Positions 40,968 through 55,313 of a stretch of DNA of 64,000 nt are shown in pieces (the stretch's first letter is position 1; every line of letters begins with the position of its first letter). The translations under genes and the position numbers were made by a program. Source of the DNA: Lama guanicoe (lineage: Eukaryota); contig MU054187.1 in NCBI GenBank assembly GCA_013239625.1, forward strand, positions 17,538,711 through 17,602,710. Direction: 5' to 3'. The notes under the pieces are model-generated. The model made no database searches and had not been told where the DNA came from. It was given only the letters and a program-made list of their open reading frames with translations.

Positions 40968-40999
40968 TGCAGTTCACAGAGCCTACCACCAGAGGGCAA
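40968..40999 (+). promoter_or_regulatory. Putative CTCF binding site (core plus upstream motif)
   Basis: CCACCAGAGGGCAA 40986-40999 fits CCASYAGRKGGCRS at 13/14; TGCAGTTC at 40968-40975 is at the expected upstream spacing. Confidence 0.6.
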
Positions 41000-43558
41000 T
41001 AAAGAAGTGAAGTCTTGAAGCCGTGTAGTGAAAATTGTGCGAGTTTAAACAAAAGCAACATTTCACAGTATGCTTTTCTGACCAATGTTATATATAATAA
41101 CCTAATGGATTATATGTACATGGATTCTGAAGTCAGCAGTACACTTCACTGGTCAATTTTCTATGACAAGTGGAACGTAATTTGAGTGCAGAAAAACAGT
41201 ATGCTTACATCTTAAACTTCCACCCCTCCAGAATCTATTCAGTCTTGAAAACTGGTAAGAATAATAGCTTTCGGTGACTCAATGACCAGTTAACATTATC
41301 AAGGGTAGAATTTATCTTCCTAAGATGCTCAAATGCACAGGAAAACTGCATATCTAGGAGGATGGATAAACTCTAAGTGACATGTGAAAGTAAGTAATTC
41401 TTCAAATGGAAAAAGTGTAAGATCCGGAAGGAACAGTGTTCTCTGTACCAGTGCGGATATATACATAAAGAGTCTCTAAGAAACAGAAAAATCACTTTCA
41501 GGAGGTAATTTTAGATAGAAGGGAATTAACATGAGTGAGGGAGAAAGGATAGTTGGTTTTTAAAATATTTTTCATGCATTTGTTTTTTGTTTGTTTATTT
41601 GTTTTATTTATTTGGTGTTTGGAATGTAAGGAAACAGTGGCTTTCAGATCAGCATCTCAATGGAACAAAGGGGCTGTGGACTATACTGAAGCCCAGCCAA
41701 TGTTTGACTGTCTTGTAATACTAGCCAAATCATTTGAACTACAGGCATCCTCTCTGAAAATAATCTTAAGACATCAACCTTAACTTATATCTTTAAAAAA
41801 GTAGAGAAAGAATACTGTTTTCTTTAGAAGGAAAATATAGATTCTGGATCAAATCAATAATGTCAGCAAACCTCATCAATATAAAATAATGTGACTCATC
41901 ATTTAGAACATACCTCTAGAAGAGAGACACTGGGTGATAATTTCCCCAGACTTTATATTCAATGCAAGCATTTTAGATAACCAGCATCTCTAGTAAAACA
42001 CGGTGTTAGGGATTCTTTCTTGGATAGTCTCCAACATGACAGCGGACAGGAATTCCTCCTCCTTCTCAAATACATATGGGGAAATGGAGGCGGGTGAAGT
42101 TAGAGGAACTATCTAAAGAGAGCATAGTAATCAATACTTTGTTTATTAAAAATAGAAATTTCTATTTAAATAAAGTGTTTCCATTGAACAACACAATAGC
42201 AGTTCTTGAAACCAAGGGTAAAAAATATTTTAAAATTTTTACATTTGGCCATGATTGACTATGAATTGTGTTCCTTTGAATATAAGTTCAACTCTGAGCT
42301 GCAGTTCTGTGGGATCAATAACTGTGCCTTTTTGACCTGTGTATTTCTTCCAAAAATGAATACAATATACTTAGTAGGCGTTGAATAAAATTTGACTGGA
42401 TATATCACCGACTAAAAGAATATATACAAGAGGTACAAGATAATTCTAAATTACACTAAATCAGAATAATTTTTACATTGAATAACTTTTACAAATAATA
42501 ATGCAAAATTATTGATATATTGTAGGACATGTATTATTATAAATGCAGAAATCTTGAAAGAAATTTCAGGATTCCAGGTTATTTTTGGCAGTAATTATAG
42601 GAAAAAGGTATCCTCATTACCCATGTTTCCTTTATAAATTCCTTAATGTATAATGCAATCAAGTCATGCTAATTTTAAGGTTTAAATTTCAGTTACATCT
42701 TTTAATGAGGAAACTTGTTAGGATTTTCCTACCTATTGCTCTTTTCTTCCTTCACATGACCCTTAATTAACAGAAATGCCTGGAAGGGGAAATTTTGTGG
42801 GAGCAGAGTGAGGAGAGTGAGGCCAAGACCAGGGGGACCCTGAATCACAGTGACACAGAAGAGTACGGACGCAGGACCAGTTAGGGGTGTGGCTATCTTG
42901 GTCTGATATGAAGCCTAATTTTTTAGACTCCAAAGCATCACTCTAAAAGATTCACTTTCCCACTCCATGGGCATTTATTTACACTGAGTCTCATCAATTC
43001 CAGGTTAAACAGAAGTAAAATTTAATGCTTGTTCTACATGCTTGGACCCTATGGAAGGCAAAAGCCAGTATCAATAAACTGGGAGTTAAATATGTTCATA
43101 ATAGTGGAGAAAAGGCACAAAAAATACTCCTTGTAGCCTGTTAAGATTTGAGAAACTGGCTTGGCCCCCTCCCTTGGAGGGAAAGGGGTAGTAACTCAGC
43201 ATGCCGGGTCCCACTCAGTCACAACACAGACCAGATCCTTGCGGCCCCATCCTTAATAGGCTTATCGGGATGGACATACACCCACACATTTATCTGGGGA
43301 CTGATCTGACAATGAAAATGTGACCCACCAATGCTTTTAAACTATATTGCTAAGATCAGTCATGCAAACACACAATTCAAACATATCATTTGCCAAAATT
43401 CAATCAACTATTTTATAATTAAGTGGTCTAATTCTGCTTAGGTTACAAATAGCAGTGGCAAAGGGAGAAATTCTTACCATAAAATGGCAATTGTTTGGTA
43501 GGCTTAGACTCCCAAAGGCCCCTTGAACCTAAGGACTCATACAAATGCCATGATGCAC

Positions 43559-43999
43559 TGTTACGGGTTGAATTGTGTCCCCCAAAAGATATATTGAAAT
43601 CTAACCCCTAGTACCTTAGAATCTGACCATATTTGGAAATAATGGTCACTGCTGATATAATTAGTTACAACTGAGATTAATAGGATGGACCTTTAATCCA
43701 GTATGACTGGCATCCTTCTAAGAAGAGAAAACACAGACAGGAATACACAGAGACAACTCTCTGTGGCAACAGAGGAAAGACCTGAGTGATGCAGCAGCAA
43801 AACGAGGAACGCCAGCACCAAGGACTGCCAGCCCTCACCAGAAGCTGGTTAAGACAAAGAGGGAGCCTCCCCTTGAGGCTTCAGAAAGAACAGGGCCCTC
43901 TCAACACCTTGAGTTTGGATTTCTGGCCTCCAGAGCTGTGATAGAATAAATTTCTGCTCTTTAAGCGACCAGTTTGTGGTATTTTGTTATGCAGCCTTA
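43559..43999 (+). mobile_element. MaLR solo LTR, MLT1C-like
   Basis: tgttacgggttgaattgtgtccccc...ttctggcctccagagctgtga...aataaatttctg...gtttgtggta. Confidence 0.88.
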
Positions 44000-44149
44000 A
44001 AGCATGCTTCTTCCCCCGGCTGGCAGAATTTGATTCCTGAGATGGCAAGTGTATTTTGACCCCGTGTGCTGACTATTCCTGAATCATCAGCAGATACAAA
44101 GATAAATGCACAGCTGAGACTAGAGCCCAGTTCTTCTTATTCCCAGAAA

Positions 44150-46260
44150 ATAAACAGTTTTAAAAATTAATTCCTCCTTATCAAATCAGTAGCTGTGCAT
44201 GGTTTAAAGAGACATTTTTAATACAAAGTTTATGAACAATTTAAAAACAACAAAAAACAGCAATCCTTTACCTTATTCATCTCAACCCCCAGTCTTTCTG
44301 ACCACAAAGATACTTTTAGAAAAATTAATTTCTTCTGTTATTTGAAATCACATATTTACATTGTGAGTCATTATTTCGTATTTCATTTTAAACATTACCC
44401 ACTGGTCTGTAATAAGATTTGTATTTAGCTGTTTTATCAGTTTTTTCTCACTCTCCTCTCCTCCCAAAATAGATATAACAAAAATCACTATTAAATCAAT
44501 ATTGTCTGCTTTATTTTGATCATGCAAATATTTTTCATTGTTGAATCACACAGCAAAATATAATTAATTTTTATACAAACTTTGGTTACGCCTAGACTCG
44601 ATAATTGCCTCATTTTTGTTATCAGCTTGCTTAGCTTTCTGTGTATCTATAACTAAATTATTCTCAGATTCTCTAATTATGGAGATCTCAATCTCTCTAA
44701 CTGTAAAACTCCTTTCAATAGGATCAAACAGAACAGGAAGCCAAGTTTGTGAAATATTTGAAACATTTGGAAAAGTCTCAACTCCACCTTTATATACCAT
44801 TATTTGTTTGGCTTAGATATGCAACTTTAGACTGAAAAATATTTTTGTTCAGAACTTTGAAGTAATTGTTTTGGTTTCCAGTACTGCTACTGAGAAGTCC
44901 TACATCATTTTCATATTAATTCTTTCACACTGTCCTCTTCCCCCTCCCCCGACAGTCAACAATCTTTTGGGATCTTCTGTTGATCCTCAAAGTTCTGACA
45001 CTCCGTAATAATGAACAAAGGTTTGAAGTTTTTAACTCATCCTTCTTAGCTCACACTGGAGTCTTTATATCTGGAAGTCCATTCACTTCACTTCTGCAAT
45101 ATTGTCTAACATTATTTCTTTGGTGATTTCTCCCTAGTCTTTTTCCTCTGTTCTCCTTTTCTGGAATTCGTTATCAGTTAGATGTCGTACCTCTGAGACT
45201 GGTGCTCTAACTTACTATTTTTCTCCTATTTCCACCTCTGTTTTGTAGTAGTTCTATTTTCTGGGAGATTTCCTGTGTCTTCTAAGCCTCGTAATCATCT
45301 TTTATTTATCATGTCATGACTTTTTTAATGGTGTTTTTCTTGTAGCTTTGCAACACACAAGTATTAGACGCACAGACATAGTTTGTTACAAAGTTTTTCA
45401 GACAATATTAATTTAGTATTTTTAATTTTTGTCTGCACTGTTTCGTCTATTTTTCTTTTGTTTTCCCTTTTTCTGTTTGTTGTTTGCTTGTTTGTTGTTT
45501 GGTCTGCATCTATTCTATTAAGCGATTTCTGCAAATGTCTTTTAAACTTAATCATCTATTAATTTGAAGAATAAGGTATTAAAAAGTTGACCTGTGACCA
45601 TGAATGGCATTTCTACTGCTGACAAGCTGGGCTGCAGTCGTGACTAGGCGGGGCCAGGGACATTCCGCTGTGTTATCCCACCTCAGTGAGCCTTTCTCCT
45701 TGGATGTTGAATTTCCCCATGGATGAATTGTCCATTTACCAGCATAAAGAACACCAACTTGGCAACTTACATCTAGGGGAATAAACAGTGAGTTCATTAT
45801 ACTGACTTTAACTCAAACTCTGTTTTTAATAAATTATGTCGCCCCCCTTTCAGCCCTGCATAGGATCCCAGAATCCAGAGACTCTCTGATTGAGCCTCTC
45901 AGTAGAAACCTCCATGCCTCTGCTACAATAGAAGGCGAGTCACTCGTTTGCTTGGGGTTGGGAAATTTGGGAGTGGGTTTATCTACACCTTAAACAGAGT
46001 TTTAAGTAATCGTCTCAGTCTTCAGGTCCACTGTGCATGTCTGTTTTAAAGTATTTCCAATTCCTGAGCTTTACCAAAGTTTTAGGGACAAATCAGCTAA
46101 ATCCTTGTTCACATCTCCCTTGAAGGACCTTTGCAAGGTGGAGGAAAATTTACATTTAAATCACATCAATCCATCCACTGTTCGTCTTCTAAAATGTTGT
46201 TGACATTTATCATCTATTATAATCTCCTCTCCAGTAAACTTTGTCCTTCTGAGTTTCTGC
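44150..46260 (-). mobile_element. Degraded old L1 (ORF1/5' region)
   Basis: ttcagaactttgaag...tgagaagtc...attatttctttggtgatttc typical of reverse L1M ORF1. Confidence 0.55.
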
Positions 46261-46489
46261 CATTCATAATACTTAATATTATTTCGCCATAGTTATTAAC
46301 CTGAGGAATTACCCACCCACTGAGTTCCAGGACATATATACCTAACAAAAGTGGAGATTGCTTTCCATCAGTATTTTGTTCCTTTACCATGAGTCTGTTC
46401 CAAGAATCCTGAAAGGCATCACTATCTATGTGGGGTTTGAAAATACGTTTTAACAAAGTATTTTCAAGATACACTTAAAAATTAAGATA

Positions 46490-46680
46490 ATGGATTCTGA
46501 TTATGGCTCCAAGTATATTCAAAAAATTATTTAATCACTCATCGCCCTAGTTTCCTTTTCAAATTGGGATTAATAATGGTATTTAATTAACGTGGTTACA
46601 GTGAGAACTAAAGGAGTTAAAACAGGTAAAGCTCTCAGGAGAGTGGCACAGGTTCACACAGCATTTCAGTGAGCTATTGC
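46490..46680 (+). mobile_element. MIR SINE
   Basis: cagtttcctt-like core, gggattaataatggta, gtaaagctctcag...gtggcaca. Confidence 0.6.
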
Positions 46681-46796
46681 TCTTCCTGAGCTGTTCCCAG
46701 ACTTCAAACTTCCCTCGACTTATTGCACATAGTTATTTAGATCTTTGTCTAATTCCCCTGCTTTTAAAAAGAGTGTGTGGGACCAATCAAGAATTA

Positions 46797-48249
46797 ATCT
46801 GTTGTCCTTTCATTTTAATTCATCTCAAAGTGTTTCAAATACCTTTTATGAGGTTTTACTTGACTTAAGAATTATTTAGGAATATATTATTTAATTTCCA
46901 CATATTTGTGAGTTTCACAAATGTCTTTCTGTTAATGATTTCTTAGTTCATTCTGTTGTCATCTGAGAGCATATTTCATATTGTTTATATCTTTTTAAAT
47001 CTATTGAAGTCTATTTTATGGCCTAACATACAGTCTATGCTTGTGCACTTGAAAAGAATGCATATTCTGATGCTCTTGTGTGGAATGTTCTATAGTTATC
47101 TGTTAGGTCTAGTTTGTTGATTATGTTGTTCAAGTTTCGTACCTTCTTGCTGATTTTCTGCCTGATCTGGCATTGAAAGAAGGGTATTAAAGTATCCAAC
47201 TATTATTGTAGAACTGTCTATTTCTCCTTTCCATTGTGTCCAACTTTGCTTCATTGTATTTTGATGTTCTGTCATTAGGTACATATACATTTATAGTTAT
47301 TATACATTCATGATGAAATAACCATTTTATCATTATAAAATATCTTTATTTGTCTCCAGTAAAAAATTTTGGTTTTAAAATACATTTTTTCTAACACTTG
47401 CTTAGCCACTACAGTTTTGTTGTCATTTTGTTTTGTTGTTACTGTTACAGCACATATATTTCAATTCTTTTACATTCCACCTATACATGTTTTTGACTAT
47501 AAAGTGTGTCACTTGTAGAAAGTAATGTTTGGAACATGTTTCTTATTTCTTATACATTCTGTAGATTTTTGCCTTTAGTTGGAATGTTTACTCTTTTTAT
47601 ATCAAATATAATTAATATTTAATTGTAAATTTTATATTAAATGTAATTCATGTAGAATTTATGTCCAACATTTATTATTTGTTTTCTGTGTGTCATATTT
47701 TTTTCTAATTCCTCTTCGTCTATTACTGACTTGTGTGGGGTTTTTTATTGTTGCTGTTAAATAGATATTTTCTAGTGTACAATTTCAATCTCCTTATCTT
47801 TTACTATATTTTTGAGTTATATTTTTAATCCTTGCTCTAAGGATTACAAATAATATCTTAACTTAAAATTATCTAGTTTTGATTAATATTAACTTAATTT
47901 AAATAATATAAAAAACTTTGCTTATATGTAGCTCCATTACATTGTGCTCCTTTATGCTGTTATTGATATAAAGATTACATCTTTATATATTATATGCCCA
48001 TAAACATAGATTTATAATTATTACTTTATATAGTTGTCTTTTAAATCAGACTGGAAAAAAAGTGTTATAAAATTAAATTTATACTTTTTTTATATTTACC
48101 TCTGTAGTTCCCTTTATTGGGTTCTTTATTTCTTCATATGGATTCAAGTTACTTTCTAGTGTCCTTTTCTTATCATCTGAAGAACTCTCTTTAGTAGTTC
48201 TTGTAGCACAAATCTGTTAGGAAAAAAAATCTCAATTTTAAATCTTTAT
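46797..48249 (-). mobile_element. L1 segment: end of ORF1, inter-ORF spacer, ORF2 endonuclease region
   Basis: ORF 47096-47290(-) MKQSWTQWKGEIDSSTIIVGYFNTLLS matches the L1 endonuclease motif KGEIDSSTIIVGDFNTPLS. Reverse ctacaagaactactaaagagagttcttcag is the end of ORF1. Confidence 0.88.
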
Positions 48250-48348
48250 AAATTGAAAGTTTTACAAATTTGCATGTCACTCTTCTGCCATGGCCAATGT
48301 AATCTCTGCATCATTCCAATTTTAGTAGATGTGCTGCCAAGTGAGTAC
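48250..48348 (-). pseudogene. RNU6: U6 snRNA retropseudogene, near full length
   Basis: Reverse strand gtactcacttggcagcacatctactaaaattggaatgatgcagag...tggcc...gacatgcaaatttgtaaaactttcaattt aligns end to end with U6 (GTGCTCGCTTCGGCAGCACATATACTAAAATTGGAACGATACAGAG...GACACGCAAATTCGTGAAGCGTTCCATATTTT). Confidence 0.93.
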
Positions 48349-49589
48349 TCTCATATGGTACAAAATTTAACATAACAGATTATGAAATTATAGACATATG
48401 CTTATTTGTTTAGGGACTGTTTCAAGAGCGTATTTGGGCCATGCTAATATTGATGTCGCAAATTCAGTGTTACAACGTTGTAGCAAGATAACATAGATGA
48501 ACCTCAAAACATAACGTTTTTTTCCTAATAAATAAGGTTAAGGTTAATTATCAATTGTCACATTTATTCCAGCTTTTTTTAGTTCACTTTTAACTTAGCA
48601 TAAGTGAAATAAAACAATGGTAAGCTTTACATTAATTTCTGACCCAAAACACAACTTTAGATGATTAAAACTCATTAGCAGAATTTTGTGTTTCCTGTGA
48701 AAAGTAAATCTGTCCCATCCCCTGAAAAATTCATAAATACTTTACAAATTATATGTTCATGAAATTATTCTAGCATTTTAAATGGTTTCAGTGCATATAG
48801 TCACCCCTATTCTTCCCAATTAAATTGGTTAGGTGATTTGAGGGGGTGTCCCTTATTATATTTAGGTATGTTCTGGCCTCCTCTCCTGAACTCATTTCCT
48901 AGTAACAAACAAGTAAGACACATATGCTGATTCTGACTCCTGGGGAAGTTTAGGCTCCGGCATGCTGGAACAGACAGCTTTCATGTGGAATCTTATGTGG
49001 AACTGGTGAGCTTCTTAACATCTCAAAGAGACATTTAATAAGCCTGAAGGCTCTGGTGAAAGGATGCATTTTATTGGCATCATTTTAATTTTGCCATATG
49101 TCTAGATAATTCATGCTCTTGGTGCAAAATTCAAAAGTAACAGTGATGAATGAAAAGTAATTCTCTTACACACTTTTCCTGCAGCCACACATTTCACCCT
49201 CCTAGGGACAATCATTGTCACCAGGCTCTTAGACATTTTTCAGGGGCAGTTTAGGCATATATGAACATGCGCCATATAGAGGATAATTCCTCTTATTAGG
49301 GTAAAATTATGTGTAGTTTTTTTCTCTGAATTGTAGTGTGCAGTAAACTGAAGTCTCTTGCTATGAAGAGAGTTAAAAAAAGAGAAGCCTTGTTCAGTGT
49401 GACCTTTATGGTCTCTTTATTCTGTCTTATCCAGATATCATCTTTGCATCTCATCTAAAAGTGAGATTCACTGGTTTTGACTGTGCTGATCTGCTCATTT
49501 AGAGAAAAGTATGGTGTGCCTGTGGGTTCTAACCTACACAGATCTACACATTCATAGTGAAATCGTGACTGGCTCTCTCTATGCTTTGG

Positions 49590-50290
49590 GTACAGCAGTC
49601 ATGCTGCTAATAGCCTTTTAAAATCATTTTGGGGATTCCCTTCACCTCTCTCCTTAATTGAATTTCTTATTTTCTGTGTCCCATATTTTTCTTGGTTTTG
49701 GTTTGCTCTCTCATATTTGTAGAATATGTAGTACAGTTGCTTTGTGGAAAAGTGTGTGGGAAACATATTTTTTGAGATTGTGCACCTCTCCAAGTCTCTA
49801 GTCTATCCTTTACTTAATAGTTTGAGCAAATATAGAATTCTGTTAATCTCATTTTTCATCAGGATACTGAACATATGAATGCATCAGTCTACTTTTCAGC
49901 ACTGCTGTTGAGTATTCTGAAGCAATTCTGACTCAAAAATATACATACTTGTCTTTTTAAAAAAAAATCTCTTTTTGCAAGCAATTAGAATAATATATTT
50001 GTTCCTAAGGATTGTTCCTAACTTCACCATGATATGCTTAAATTAATCCATTATCTTGGGTGCTTAGTGAGTCCTTTCCATTAAGAAATGTGTCTTTTGT
50101 CTTGGGAAATCCACCTCCATGATTCTCCTTCTACTTTTTCTCTGGTCTGGTCCTTTTAGAACTCCTCTTCCTCACATCTCTTGAAGGGGCTTTCTGATTT
50201 TCTCTCCTCTTTTCCATCTGTCATTTTGTTCAATTTCTTATAGATTTTCCAAATTTATCCTCCAGACTTTCTATTTTTTTTTTTCTGTTT
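49590..50290 (-). mobile_element. Degraded L1M ORF1-region fragment
   Basis: aaatatagaattctg, tgctgttgag.attctgaagcaattctga, ttcaccatgatatg. Confidence 0.6.
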
Positions 50291-51794
50291 CTTCTCTAGT
50301 GTATTTGTAATGCTTTTAGGAAGAAGCTTAAGGGTTGAAATAGGGACGCCTAGAAGCATAGCACATAGGGCAAATGGCTGGGACCTGAAATGCACATTTG
50401 TCTTCATTTGTTTAGATTCTATGAAAAGTACTTAGCACATAACAGCCTCTGAATAAATAAATGGTTGTGGAATAAATAAGTAGATAAATAAATAATAAAG
50501 CCTAGATTCTAGTCTCAAATTTGTTTCCTCTCTTCACATTGGAATGGGAGTACCCTCTAGATCTCAGTTTCTAACTAGCAATTTCAGACTATATATTCTC
50601 TTTGCGACTGATAGTACTAACAGTATTTGATTCTAGCAATGTAATTCACATATATGTATGCATAGAAATATATATGTACACATATATACATATTTTAACT
50701 GAAAATTTTAAATTAGCTCATATGTAGAATTTACTATACATGATTTAGAATTTATAATACATTAAAAAATGATTTAGGATATGGGAAAAATTTATCTCTT
50801 TAGTACGTGATATCCACTAAAAATTTATCTCAGTTTATTATATTTTTGCTAGACCTACCTATTTACCTTTAGCAGGTAAACCAGGAAAAGGAGCAGTATT
50901 GTCATTGGTAAACTAAATCCTTTGAATACACTTCAAAATGATTTCATATATCATGTATTATACAGAGATCCAGCCATCCACATTGGTTCATTAAAATGTA
51001 AAACAGTTTTGTACAATGCTACTCATTAAGCAGGGGTCACACAAAGAATTTTCTTGTGACACGGAACAGTGCAAAAGGTTTATGTATCTTGATCCTGATT
51101 AAGGAAAGCTATCAAGCTTAGTCTTACAGTAATTTCATATTTTTTTTGAGAAGGTTAGAAGTAATTCGAGACATCTATACCTTTAAATCAGTCAAGCAAC
51201 AGCCAGATCTTTTAAAACTTCTGATTCCACTTGCCAATCCACTCATTTTTTTTTAAGCATGCGTTTCATTCCTCTTTAAATAAAAGCAGCCTTGTCTGCA
51301 CTGATTTCATCATCACCATTGAAAATGTTTATCTGCCAAATGAAAAAGAATATAAATTAGAAACACTGATACATCTTTCAACATTATTCACTTAGAAGCT
51401 AGTTCTCAAGTTATCATTACATTTACTACACAAAAATTAGAAATGATTTGTTTGGAGACCGACAGCTATTTCTAGACGCAAGATGTTTGGACAACTGTAG
51501 ATAAAGTTTCATTATCAGACTGAACCAAATATGCTATAATTATGTATAAATCAGGATTATTTTGCTCCATGAACTTAAGTTATTAAGGTACTCAGGCCAA
51601 CCATCCAGGGTACCATCATTCTTCAAAATTATACGAGTGTATTTCCCAGCCAAAAATGTAAAAAGCACTGTTTGAAAATCAAGGTCAAGGACTGTTGGAC
51701 AATGGTTATGTTTGTATCGCCTGATTGTTTCCATCTTTTTTCTGTTCCCTGAAACCCAGACAAGGCTTATACTTCGACAAAGCCTACGTCTCCC

Positions 51795-51975
51795 CATTTA
51801 TTAGTACTCATCACACTTGAGATTATTAGTTATATATATTATATAGTTACATTGTATCTATTTTCTCCAATAAACAACAGGCCCACTAAGCCAGGGACCT
51901 CTGCTGGCTTATTTTCTTCTATATATCTAACACTACCATATTAGGTACCAATGAATATTTATTGAATGAATGAAT
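51795..51975 (+). mobile_element. L2 3' end
   Basis: Ends aatatttattgaatgaatgaat. Confidence 0.65.
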
Positions 51976-52959
51976 TAATTAATCATAAATGGATGAAGGA
52001 AAGGAAACCTAACTTATCAGTCCAATGACTGAATTAGAGAAAGGAAGTTGAAAAGTTTGAATTGACCCAGTGTTTTCCACAATTTGTATAGAGTGATAGT
52101 TTGTTTAAAATTTGGTATGCAAAATGTTATATTCATAGAGTTAACGAACAAAGAAGAATGATGGCAGAGGGAGCTGAAGATGTAGATTTCAAGTTACTTG
52201 AGTCCTAGAGAGAGTGAGAACTAAAAAAAATTTATATTTCTACTTAAGTATTTAAGTAAGAGAATTTAAGGATTCATCAGTATATTGAATGATTACGATT
52301 TCAAGGCTAATCATAATTCATTCAAATGACATTTGGGATGCAGACCTCTCAGAATATTTACCATGTTAATCAAATGAAGAACTACACTGAAATTTGAGTT
52401 TATTTTTCCAGTATATCAAAATTTTGTAGTTAGGTAAAAATAAGATTGACATTTTGGAGAAATGTTTTCTCAGTATAGAAAATTTTTGCTAATTTTGTGT
52501 TTTGTGTTCTTCTTAAAGTAATTTTCTAATGTTTTATTTTTATATACTAAGATATTTCATTTATAAAAAATATTTAATGTTTCCCTGCAGGCATGACAAA
52601 CATGACTAGAGTGCTACATGACAGTACTTTAGATATAATCTAAAAATTGTCCTTATGTGCAACAGCAGGGACCAATGATTCATGAAATTGCTCAGCATTG
52701 GGCATAGATCTGCTTATAGAACTAATAGTTTATATGAGACATTTTTCTTCAAACTTTGAAGTCAGAATATAAACTCTACTCAGTATGTCCGTGTTTACAT
52801 TAAAAATGAATTTCTTACTCGAGGGAAAAGCTTTAAGAGAGTGTATTTAAAAGTTTGGAAATCAGCAGGACATCTTTGTGAACAATTTAAATGTTTCTCT
52901 CCCTACTTGGTTTGAAATAAAACAGGAAACAGGAAAAAAGAAAACAACCCAGGAGGGAG

Positions 52960-53755
52960 GTCCTTTTTCTGCCTTTCAACAAAACTATTAATTTAACTGC
53001 ACCTGACCCCAGGCACTCAGCTTCCCTACCCTGAAACGGAAGAAATGTCCACTTCCTACCAAAGACTGTGGCTCTTCCTGCTCGAGATCCCATCCCATTT
53101 CGCCACTCAGTATCCCACTTTGGCAACTAGCTCTTTTTGCCTAGCATCATCAATTTCTCCTGTCACGCCTGATTTCTCCCCAAAATACATAAGTACATCC
53201 TAACAGCTCTCATTTTATTTAATGTAGGGCATATATTAGTAACTCTTATTCTGCCAAAAAAGTTTCCTTAATTTAAAATATCTGTCCATAAACTGTCCAT
53301 GACTCTTCTAACAATCACTGCACGATACATGAAAACCACTTCATACCTTCTTAGGTGAGGGATTCTTTGAGTACCCAAGGTAAGGACCTCCATTAATTTC
53401 TTCATGCCTCACTGTTAATTTCCTTTACTTTATTTACCAATCACAATCTGAACTTATTGTAATTATTTTTTTTATTCAGCTTTAATCAAGAAATTGAGCA
53501 TTCTTTTCTTTTCTTATAAAGTTTCTTTTGCCTCTGTCTCGGTGGGTCAACTGGATACCTTTTGATGCTCTAAGATTTTTTTCAATTGAAGTAATTATTT
53601 ATTTCTTAACTTGTTAGTTTAATCTTTCTCCTCAGTGTAGCATATAGGCTCTTTGAGGCAGACCCTTTAACTCTCTTGTTCATCACTGTATGTTGAGCTC
53701 CTAACAGTGGTCAGAACATAGTAGTTACTTAACATGTGTTTATAGAATGAATGAA
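52960..53755 (+). mobile_element. L2 fragments including a 3' end
   Basis: gatcccatcccatttcgccactca, catcatcaatttctcc; tail cttgttcatcactgta...gaatgaatgaa. Confidence 0.55.
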
Positions 53756-55313
53756 GGACCTAAACCAGTTTCTTTAGAAAAGTTAAAATGTCAGCCCTAA
53801 GTAACAGTACAAAGGAGGCAAAATGTCTTGTTGTCACTAGCATTTCTCTATCCTTCCTCTCCTTTCTTCCAAATATCTTGTACCCTTTTTGCCTTTTCAC
53901 TATAAATTTCTACCCAGTATTTTGCCCTTTAGTCAGACTTCATTCTCCAAATTATTTCAATAATTACCCAATTCAAGGAGTTCACATACATTTTAGAGAA
54001 AACCAGTTATTATTCAATTCCTATTAAGGCAAAAATCAAGATTTGCATTTTCTTCCCTGCCTACTTTTCCAAGTATATCTTAAGTTATTCAAAAGAGTAA
54101 TCATTTTGTAGTTGTGGTTGGCAGGAAATCAGACTCTGTCTGATTCTCCAAACATTTTCACTGCTTCCCAGGGAGATCTGTATAATTGTTCTCCCAACAA
54201 ATTTACCACTTCTTCCACTATCATGTAATATTGATTTTGAGCATAGACACTAAATTTTCTAAAACTACTCTCCAAACTCTCTTCTTCTCCTGCTTTCCTC
54301 ATCTCCATTCATGGGACCATCTCTATCATAAATGACCATCATCATATGCCTTTATTGCTCAAGGCACAAAAGGGCTATACGTGACAATGTTCAAGAAAGG
54401 AATGATGCTGTATGAGGATGCTGGCTGCTTCCTTCTCTCCAAATGCCATCTCTTTCAAAGTTTAAAGTCAATTTGGGAGAATATCAAATCTATGCAACTT
54501 TCTTTTGAACTATGAGGAGAAAACAGTAATTTATATGAACTAAAGCCTGTGATTAAAGCATGAAATTCTTCCCAGTCATGACTATGAGAAAGGTTTGAAA
54601 TGAATTAGTCTCCATACCACATTAATGCAGTCATCGCAAGGGCCAATAGCCAGGAATGCTTCAATGGCTCAAGCACACCCATGAATGGTTATCCAAACTG
54701 CATGTAGATTTAGAACTGGCTTCTGTTTTGAGTGAAGATCCAGAGGTTCTGAAATTCAATAGGACATCATTGTAAGTCAAATTTGGCAAATGCTTTAATA
54801 TCTAATACAAACTACAACTATAAGATTCTTTCACTTCCCCCTACCAAGGAAGGCATAAAGTGTCAGAAAATATTTTAGACATTCTTTGCACTGAAAAAGA
54901 AGTAAACACAGCTGAACATATCTGTAGGCTACAAAATTAGCATACAGGTTTTTTTGCTGTTGTTCATCACAGACGGTGTAATTTCAAACAAACAATAATA
55001 AAACAATGTGCAATCATTCTAATGCAGGATCTACATTAATAATCCATTAATTTTGAAAATATATTTATTACAAGTAGCTCTGAATTATAAAAATCTTTTG
55101 GCACAATAGATAAAGGTATACTTTTATATTACCTAAACCTCGTCTATCTCGGTAAAAAGACAAGGTTAGCTATTGTAATTGGTATGGACGGACATTCATT
55201 CCATAAATATTTAGGCTCTAACAGTCAAAGTATGTAACTGAAAAGAGCAGAGCCCAGTCTAAATGATAAACTGAATAAACTGGGGAAGACATAAACATAA
55301 GCAAAGCAGTTCC

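Noticed and set aside
48250..48348. Functional U6 gene
   Set aside because: Many substitutions and indels, including in the ACAGAGA box and internal stem-loop region; fused to L1; no evident PSE/TATA promoter.
51540..51797. 85-aa ATG ORF on the minus strand in non-repeat DNA
   Set aside because: No recognisable homology or convincing splice boundaries; the length is compatible with chance.
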